Source of the DNA: a virus
DNA length: 64,000 bases
Direction: 5' to 3' (one strand)
IMG/VR virus record: IMGVR_UViG_3300042691_053485
Coordinates: 32,001-96,000 of that record
The position numbers and the translations under genes were made by a program. Below, piece after piece: positions 57,365 through 64,000 of this stretch. Numbering within the stretch: position 1 is the first letter of the stretch; each line of letters begins with the position of its first letter. Below the pieces are notes generated by a model. That model was not told the origin of the DNA. It saw nothing but the letters and a program-made list of their open reading frames with translations, and ran no database searches.

Positions 57365-60300
57365 ATGGCTGTTAATAAACCTAACCTTGCTCCCGCAATT
57401 AAGTTCACCGAAACTGACAATACTTTTACCACAAGGAATTTTGGGGTAACTTCATTGGGTATTGCAGGTGAATTCCCTAAAGGTCGTGCATTTACACCAA
57501 TCGCAATAGATACAACAACCTTACTGAAACAGGTTTTCGGTGATTCAAATCCTTGTAAGTTTGAGGGAACTCAACAACCAATTTATGAAGGGGTTTACAT
57601 CGCAAAACAATTTTTGAAAGAATCTGACCAATTGTTTGTATCAAGAATCTTAGGCTTAACCGGATATGATGCCGGAGATGCTTGGGGTATTAGCTTTGGT
57701 GCGGCATTAGACCCAGCAACAGTTGCCACTACTGCAACTCAAACTTTTTCTGCATCAATTACTTATGTTAATGGTCAGGCAGGAAGTGTTACCTTTAGTA
57801 ACACGATTTTGCAAGATTTATATGATGCGGGTGAAATCACAGATGCAATGTTGGGTGGAGTTTCCCTTACCACGGGGGAGACAGTCGCTGTTGGAAATAA
57901 ATTCATTGGAAATTGTGAGTACTTCGTTGGAGCTAGATTCACAATGGATGTCACTGCAAGAACAGAGCAATTCATTTGTATCACAGGTGAAACATCAATA
58001 ACTGATACTTACGAAGTTATAACAGAAACCCAAGACTGCATAGTTATTTACTCTGGCGGTACTGTCACTTATGATAGCACATTTGTTATCACAATTACTA
58101 ATCCGATTGTGCTACAAAATGAGGGGAATAATGAACTCACAATTATACCAAGTGGTGTTTTAACTATAATTGGTGGAACAATCACCCATACCACTGATGG
58201 GTTGACTGTAGTTAACGGTACAATTTATCTGCCAAATGGAGATATTATCACTGGTGGTGAATATAAAATCTGTGATTTAGAAGGAAATACTGCTGTTTAC
58301 GATTGCGATACTATTGATGGTATAAATTTTACAATTACAACCGGAACAACACTTATCCCAACAACTGTAACATCTGGTGTTACTCAGCAAGTTGTATCGC
58401 AAATCCCTAGTGGACTTGTCCAGCTTGATTTTACAGGTACTGTAATTGAATTGTCAGGTGTACCTTATGCACAATATGACAATATGGTTGTAGCACTTCT
58501 CCGCTCTTATGCACAATACAACGGAGATGAAATCTTAAACTTCAACGTTTTTGGTAATCAAATTCAAATCGAGTCTATTGATGGTGGTGTTATTAAGCCA
58601 TTAGATGATTTCATTATTAAAGGTACAGATTCTTCTAATAATTCATTTGAATACAATGTTTCTTTGGATAAATCCAAATCTAACTTCATTGGACGAGTAT
58701 TCGGTAATTTTATACCTTGCTGCAAATCTAATTTGCCACTGTATTTAGAAGAGTTATGGACAAGTATGTTTGATTACCTCTACAGCAATGAGCTTATCTA
58801 TTGTATCAAACCTTCGGTATGCTACATTAATACATTGAAAGATTATAAAGAGCCATATCAAGGCGCAATGACTCCTTGGCTTGTCTCAGAATTGAGGGGT
58901 AACCGTGTTTTCCGCCTATTTAGATTCCATACATTTTCAGATGGAAATGCTGCTAACCAAGATGTAAAAATATCAATCACGAATATTAGACCTGATGCAA
59001 AAACATTTGATGTTCAAGTGCGTGCATTTAATGACACTGATAAAAAGCCTGTGATTTTAGAATCATTCGCAAGAGTGACACTTCGTGAGCAAGATAATAA
59101 CTTCATTGGAAGACGTATCGGTACTGTTGATGGAAACCATGTTTTGCAAAGTAAATATATTATGGTCGAATTGGCAGCAGAATGCTTAGATGAGTCATTC
59201 CCTGCGGGATTTGAAGGCTATCCAGTTAGAGATTATGATTGTATGTTGCCTCCAACGATTGTTTACAAAACTCAATATAACATCACTGATAGAGTTCGAC
59301 AAGTTTACCTCGGTCTAAATGATACTCTCGGCTATGACATTGATATGTTTGAGTATAAAGGTAAGCCTAATGACCCTGATTTGAATTTTTGGACTGGCAC
59401 AACAAAGGGATTCCACTTGGATTCTAGTGCAGCATCTGTACAGATTGATGGTGTAGGTACTGTAGAGTTTGAAACAGGTCCGGCTGCATTCAAAAATGAG
59501 AATGATTTAGTAGGGACTCAATATGAGCAAATTATTGCGAGAAAATTCACATTGATGCCATTTGGTGGGTTTGATGGATGGGATATTCATAGAAAAACAA
59601 GAACGAATACTGACTTATATGCAATAAGTGGGACTTTGGGGCAAAAAGGTTTAACGTCCGGGGCTTTTGATGTTTATTCTTCTGAAAATATCAATAACGG
59701 TCAAGCGGTTATTAACTCTGACTTTTATGCCTACCTCGAAGGTATCAAAAGCTTATCAAATCGATTAGAGTTCCGCATTAATTTGCTTGCAGTACCAAAC
59801 GTTAACACTGCTGAAAACTCAAATTTGGTTGAAGAAACAATTGAAATGTGTGAACAAGAAAGATGTGATACATTCTATGTTCCAACGACCTTGGACACAG
59901 ATGTTGCAGGTCAAGTTTTAAGAGTTCAAGATGTGGTAGGTGCAATCGATGGTTTGTTTGACTCATCTTATGCGGGTACATATTTCCCTTGGGGTCAATT
60001 CTTGGATGAAGTAAACAACGTTTATGTGTGGTTGCCACCGACAGCTGAGGTAATGCGTACATTTGCCCTGACTGATAAGGTTAGAAGACCTTGGTTTGCA
60101 GGTGCAGGTTTTGAAAGAGGTGTGACGGAGTTTAAACAGGCTCGTAAAAAGCTCACTCAAAATGAGATGGATACTCTTTATGAGGGTCGTGTCAACCCAA
60201 TCTCAACATTTAAGCAAGCTGATGGAACAAGTCCTGTTGTAATTTTTGGTAACAAAACCCTTCAAATTGCGGATAGTGCGCTAAATCGTATAAACGTTCG

Positions 60301-60595
60301 AAGAATGTTACTTTATGCACAACGCTTAATCGAAGATGTAGGATTGCCATTATTGTTTGACCAAAATGATGAAACAGTTCGCCGTAAATTCGAAAGTAAA
60401 GTTAATCCGATTTTGGCTAACATTAGAAATGAGAGAGGTATTTTCGCATTCGAAGTCCAACTCGACCGTTCAAATGAATCATTCAATTCAAATGAAATGA
60501 AGGGTAAAATTGGATTGCAACCGATAAGAACTCTTGAGTATATCAACATAGAATTCGTGCTAACTCCGGCTGGAGCTTCTTTCTCTGAAATTTAA
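57365..60595 (+). CDS. Contractile tail sheath protein (gp18-like) with a Thr-rich insertion
   Basis: PAIKFTETD, GEFPKGRAFTP, GGFDGWD, WFAGAGFERG, TLYEGRVNPI, GNKTLQ..SALNRINVRR. Confidence 0.95.
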   Translation: MAVNKPNLAPAIKFTETDNTFTTRNFGVTSLGIAGEFPKGRAFTPIAIDTTTLLKQVFGDSNPCKFEGTQQPIYEGVYIAKQFLKESDQLFVSRILGLTGYDAGDAWGISFGAALDPATVATTATQTFSASITYVNGQAGSVTFSNTILQDLYDAGEITDAMLGGVSLTTGETVAVGNKFIGNCEYFVGARFTMDVTARTEQFICITGETSITDTYEVITETQDCIVIYSGGTVTYDSTFVITITNPIVLQNEGNNELTIIPSGVLTIIGGTITHTTDGLTVVNGTIYLPNGDIITGGEYKICDLEGNTAVYDCDTIDGINFTITTGTTLIPTTVTSGVTQQVVSQIPSGLVQLDFTGTVIELSGVPYAQYDNMVVALLRSYAQYNGDEILNFNVFGNQIQIESIDGGVIKPLDDFIIKGTDSSNNSFEYNVSLDKSKSNFIGRVFGNFIPCCKSNLPLYLEELWTSMFDYLYSNELIYCIKPSVCYINTLKDYKEPYQGAMTPWLVSELRGNRVFRLFRFHTFSDGNAANQDVKISITNIRPDAKTFDVQVRAFNDTDKKPVILESFARVTLREQDNNFIGRRIGTVDGNHVLQSKYIMVELAAECLDESFPAGFEGYPVRDYDCMLPPTIVYKTQYNITDRVRQVYLGLNDTLGYDIDMFEYKGKPNDPDLNFWTGTTKGFHLDSSAASVQIDGVGTVEFETGPAAFKNENDLVGTQYEQIIARKFTLMPFGGFDGWDIHRKTRTNTDLYAISGTLGQKGLTSGAFDVYSSENINNGQAVINSDFYAYLEGIKSLSNRLEFRINLLAVPNVNTAENSNLVEETIEMCEQERCDTFYVPTTLDTDVAGQVLRVQDVVGAIDGLFDSSYAGTYFPWGQFLDEVNNVYVWLPPTAEVMRTFALTDKVRRPWFAGAGFERGVTEFKQARKKLTQNEMDTLYEGRVNPISTFKQADGTSPVVIFGNKTLQIADSALNRINVRRMLLYAQRLIEDVGLPLLFDQNDETVRRKFESKVNPILANIRNERGIFAFEVQLDRSNESFNSNEMKGKIGLQPIRTLEYINIEFVLTPAGASFSEI

Positions 60596-61686
60596 TGAAA
60601 CAATTTATAATTGAACAATTACGGTCTATTGAGAAAAATCAAATGAATGAAGATTCTTTTGATTTTTCTCAGGTCGACCAATGGATAGATAGTATGCCCA
60701 AAAGCGAGTTGAATAAGACTCGTAAAGAATTTGCATCTCTTGTAAGTAGTAAATTCGAAGGAGGGTTCAGAAAATATCTCCAAGCGAAGTTGATGAAATC
60801 TAATAAATATGTAGAGGTCATTAAGCTCGTTATCAATTATATGCAAAATAAATCCAAGGAAAATTATAATGCCATCTTTGAATTGATTGGTATTCCAATG
60901 CTTGACTATTTTGTACAAAAAACATTCGGAAAGGATAGTTTTCTTGGGAGAATTAAGCAGATAACACCATTCCTTAAAAAGGTTTCAACAGGTAACGGGA
61001 AATTGGATATGGCAATTTATAATGCCATGGCAGAGGCACTAGAATTGAAAACTGTCAGAGATACATTCGAAAGAGATATGAAGAATGTATTGGATGATAA
61101 AATGGATTCTCTTGAAACTGACCAAGCATTTTGGGACTTTTTTGAGCCAACTCAACAACCGCAACTACCTTCAGGTGATACCAATGAATCGATAAATGAG
61201 GTTTTTGGGATTAATACTGCAATAAAACAAGGAATATCTAATCGACTTGATAGATTGAAAGCGGTCTTTAGTAGCCGAGAAACTAAGAATAAGTTCAAAA
61301 TTTTGGATAGTATTACCAAGTTTATGCCAAACATAAAAACCGACTTGAAAAGAAAGATAAAGGAGCGGTTATTTGACTTAAACTACGATGATATTTCAGA
61401 CATGGTTGAACGCCTCAATGTATCAAAAGCCGCAAAAATTGTGACTCTTCCAGTTATGCAAAATATCATCAAGAATTCTCAGGAATTATACTTTGGAGAA
61501 CCTTCTTTTAATGATTTTATTGATATCGTAAAGGGCGTATTCACAGATAAAGTGGTGTTAGCATCAGTTCAAAAGGGAATTGAAAACTTCCTAAGAGAAA
61601 TGGTTAAAAAGGCGAGAGAAGAACAGCAGAAAAAGGGAGGCTTTAAAACTTCAAAATCAAAATCTTACGACTATGATAGATTGTAG
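60595..61686 (+). CDS. Hypothetical helical protein with xxE-type leader sites
   Basis: MKQFIIEQ...MNED; internal INE. Confidence 0.6.
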   Translation: MKQFIIEQLRSIEKNQMNEDSFDFSQVDQWIDSMPKSELNKTRKEFASLVSSKFEGGFRKYLQAKLMKSNKYVEVIKLVINYMQNKSKENYNAIFELIGIPMLDYFVQKTFGKDSFLGRIKQITPFLKKVSTGNGKLDMAIYNAMAEALELKTVRDTFERDMKNVLDDKMDSLETDQAFWDFFEPTQQPQLPSGDTNESINEVFGINTAIKQGISNRLDRLKAVFSSRETKNKFKILDSITKFMPNIKTDLKRKIKERLFDLNYDDISDMVERLNVSKAAKIVTLPVMQNIIKNSQELYFGEPSFNDFIDIVKGVFTDKVVLASVQKGIENFLREMVKKAREEQQKKGGFKTSKSKSYDYDRL

Positions 61687-61855
61687 CAAAATAAGAAAAA
61701 TTACGATTAATGTCATGCTCCCGAATGGTGACATGGTTAAATCGGTAATTTATTTTAACATTGAGACAGGTGACCAATTAACGGAACGCCAAGTCGCAAC
61801 TTGTAACAGTATTGAAGCATTAGACTTCTCTTGTGTGACTATTTGTAATGAATAA
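61673..61855 (+). CDS. Small Cys-containing protein, paralog of the next gene
   Basis: DCSKIRKI.IN...G...S.I.FN.ETG.Q..E...A.C..I. Confidence 0.65.
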   Translation: MIDCSKIRKITINVMLPNGDMVKSVIYFNIETGDQLTERQVATCNSIEALDFSCVTICNE

Positions 61856-62123
61856 CATGGATTGTAGCAAAATTCGAAAGATAAAAATAAACATCATTGG
61901 AAGTGATGGGGCTATTACAGAATCCAACATTTTTTTTAATGTTGAGACTGGCCTCCAAATTTCTGAAAAGGATGCAGCCAAGTGTACGAATATCCAACCA
62001 ATAGATATTCAATGTGCGACACTTTGTATTCCTGTTGAACCTGTTATCATAGAAAATTGCTGGCAACTACCTGATGAAACCTGTTGGCTTTTACCTGATG
62101 GAGGTGTATGGCTACTTCCGTAA
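61848..62123 (+). CDS. Small Cys-containing protein with a CW.LPD repeat tail
   Basis: Paralog of 61673; CWQLPDETCWLLPDGGVWLLP. Confidence 0.7.
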   Translation: MNNMDCSKIRKIKINIIGSDGAITESNIFFNVETGLQISEKDAAKCTNIQPIDIQCATLCIPVEPVIIENCWQLPDETCWLLPDGGVWLLP

Positions 62124-62165
62124 AAAAAAAAACACATGTTTGATATTTATTTTTAAAAAAGAGAT

Positions 62166-62660
62166 ATGGCTAACTTACTTTTAAATGCGCCTTTAAAATA
62201 CGAACCTAAAACTAAGAATAGGTGGCTTTTAGTTTTTCCCGAAGATGTCGGAATTCAATCATGGGCAGTAAAATCTGTTGATGCACCGAAGGTGACTATT
62301 AATAAAAAGGAAATGTCTTTTGTCAATACAAAAACTTACGTAAATACTTCGTATGAGTGGGGTGAAATGAACTGCACAATTAGGGACTTTATTGCACCTT
62401 CACAATCCGAAGCTCTTATGGAGTGGTTTCGCCTACATGCAGAAAGTGTCACAGGTCGTATGGGATACAATGTAGGGTGTGCAAAAGATATTATTTTGGA
62501 GAGTTTAGACCCAACAGGGGTTGTCACTTCGCAATGGCTTTTGAAAAATACAATTATTGTCGGTACGGTGGAATTTGGACAATTAGATTATGGGGATGAT
62601 GAGATTAGAGAAATTTCATTCACAATGCAACCACAATATTGTGTCTTGTTATTTGGATAA
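62166..62660 (+). CDS. Tail tube protein (gp19-like)
   Basis: YEPKTKNRW, W, D.IAPS...LMEW.RLHAES.TGRMGY, LDPTG.V..W; TATTTATT at 62144-62151. Confidence 0.92.
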   Translation: MANLLLNAPLKYEPKTKNRWLLVFPEDVGIQSWAVKSVDAPKVTINKKEMSFVNTKTYVNTSYEWGEMNCTIRDFIAPSQSEALMEWFRLHAESVTGRMGYNVGCAKDIILESLDPTGVVTSQWLLKNTIIVGTVEFGQLDYGDDEIREISFTMQPQYCVLLFG

Positions 62661-62688
62661 TTTTGAAATACTTAGGCAACATAATAAT

Positions 62689-62720
62689 AAACCTATCGAA
62701 ATCGGTAGGTTTATTTTATT
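62689..62720 (+). terminator. Intrinsic terminator after the tube gene
   Basis: AAACCTATCGA/TCGGTAGGTTT stem followed by a T-rich run. Confidence 0.7.
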
Positions 62721-62786
62721 TATATTCAATAGCAAATCATATTAAAATAAAATGTTCCACGTGGAACAATAGAAAAAATAATCATT

Positions 62787-63566
62787 ATGCAAATACAAAA
62801 TAACAATCCCTACGAACAATTCGAAGTAAACAGTGAACTAGTTACACTCTCTTCGCGGGGATATTATTATCCTGAAATTGAAGGTAAGCCATTGACAGAA
62901 GTCGAAGTTTTCGACCTTGTCACCCAAGACGAAAATATTCTCCTTTCACCGAAATTAATTGAATCCGGAGAATTGATTAATGTTCTTTTGAAGAAGAAAG
63001 TAAAAACTCCTTATCCAATAGAAAAATTCACGATTGGTGATAGGCTGCAACTTTTGATTTATATCCGGTCAACAATGGATAATATGTACAATGTAGAATT
63101 GATTGACCCCCAAACAAAAAAGCCATTCCCCTATTCAATAAATTTACATGAGTTGAATGAGAAGGAATTGAAAGATTATCCAGACAAAAATACAAAGTTA
63201 TTCGAATATAAGCTTCCAAAGTCTGGAAGACTTGTGAAATTCAGATTGATGACTGGTGAAGATGAAAAAATAATCCAAATGCGGGAGCAACGCGAACAGC
63301 AGCTTCGAAATACCGATGAATCATTTTATAATATTTTCAAAATGGAGCAAGTAATTGTTTCTATTGAGGGTATTGATGAGAAGGATTCTATTGCAAAGAG
63401 TAAGTTCATTCGTGGAATGAATATGAAAGATGGGAGGTTGTTAAACGCTTATATGGATGAGGTTATGCCAAGTATTGATTTGAATGTTGAGGTGACCACT
63501 CCGAGTGGGGAGCGATTTCAAACAAAACTTCCTTTCACCAAAGAGTTTTTTTATCCAACATTATAA
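62787..63566 (+). CDS. Tail assembly chaperone / gp26-like baseplate hub assembly protein
   Basis: LSSRGYYY, DENIL, IGDR..LLI..R, LPKSG..VKFRLMT..DE, FFYP; between tube and probable tape measure. Confidence 0.72.
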   Translation: MQIQNNNPYEQFEVNSELVTLSSRGYYYPEIEGKPLTEVEVFDLVTQDENILLSPKLIESGELINVLLKKKVKTPYPIEKFTIGDRLQLLIYIRSTMDNMYNVELIDPQTKKPFPYSINLHELNEKELKDYPDKNTKLFEYKLPKSGRLVKFRLMTGEDEKIIQMREQREQQLRNTDESFYNIFKMEQVIVSIEGIDEKDSIAKSKFIRGMNMKDGRLLNAYMDEVMPSIDLNVEVTTPSGERFQTKLPFTKEFFYPTL

Positions 63567-63735
63567 TAATGAAAGTGTAGAATTTTATCTTTTACAGCGA
63601 TTATTCCTAGTCAATAAAGGAAAATTTTCCCATAGTGATATTATGCGGATGCCGATTTGGGAGAAAAACTACTATTATGATAAACTGATGGAAATTGAAG
63701 CTAAGCGAACTTCGACTCCTGACGAAAGTGAATAG
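63505..63735 (+). CDS. Probable frameshift extension of the chaperone (GT-like segment)
   Basis: +1-frame ORF across a T7 run; FLVNKGKFSHSDIMRMPIWE..YY.DKL; no start codon between 63566 and this motif. Confidence 0.55.
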   Translation: MGSDFKQNFLSPKSFFIQHYNNESVEFYLLQRLFLVNKGKFSHSDIMRMPIWEKNYYYDKLMEIEAKRTSTPDESE

Positions 63736-63740
63736 AATTG

Positions 63741-63766
63741 AAAGCCACTTAAAAAAGTGGCTTTTT
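63741..63766 (+). terminator. Intrinsic terminator
   Basis: AAAGCCACTT-AAAA-AAGTGGCTTT followed by T's. Confidence 0.85.
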
Positions 63767-63799
63767 ATATTTATAAATGAATTATAAAATATTTTTGAT

Positions 63800-64000
63800 A
63801 TGGATTGGACAGGTTATGGGACCGCGTTTTTAAACACATTATTTAAGGGGGCGGCAGATGGAACAGCAGGCACAGTTCAGCGATTCATTGCCGACAATAT
63901 TATTGGGGGTATTGATGGGGCATTTAAGAAAATCGGATTTGATGTAGATGTTAATCAAAGTGATTTTTATCCGCTTGGTGCAGTAGCTTATTGGGATAAG
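63800..64000 (+). CDS. N-terminus of a probable tape-measure protein (3'-partial)
   Basis: ATG 63800, open to the window end (MDWTGYGTAFLNTLFKGAADG...); TATTTATA at 63768-63775; position after tube and chaperone. Confidence 0.45.
   Translation, partial: MDWTGYGTAFLNTLFKGAADGTAGTVQRFIADNIIGGIDGAFKKIGFDVDVNQSDFYPLGAVAYWDK

Noticed and set aside
1-64000. tRNA, rRNA or riboswitch genes
   Set aside because: Intergenic gaps are short and AT-rich; no cloverleaf or T-loop signature seen

Overview
A 64-kb segment of an AT-rich jumbo myovirus genome with T4-like morphogenesis genes, read in the standard genetic code. The host is probably Bacteroidota (inferred from A-rich leaders without Shine-Dalgarno sites, a Q-rule signal peptide and a T9SS-cargo-like domain). 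Contents in order: head module (portal with the C-terminal end of an intein, amidase, gp21-like protease, acidic scaffold, gp23-like major capsid protein); baseplate genes; a sigma-like transcription factor; an 11-kb glycosyltransferase/methyltransferase/wecB island; family-B DNA polymerase; SNF2 helicase; neck and tail genes (sheath, tube, chaperone with a probable programmed frameshift, start of a probable tape measure). Two tnpB-only IS607-like elements lie in inverted orientation. The main discovery is a family of ten leucine-rich-repeat (LRR) genes in three clusters. Their 69-bp units keep a near-constant framework, vary at the concave-face codons, and are shuffled between genes. Eight carry basic N-terminal leaders ending in (I/L/V)xE, also found on ART, GNAT, zincin and serine-hydrolase genes and resembling T4 capsid-targeting, protease-cleaved leaders. 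The inferred system is a capsid-packaged effector arsenal that includes a diversifying, antibody-like LRR binder repertoire. All family assignments come from motif recognition; no database searches were run.
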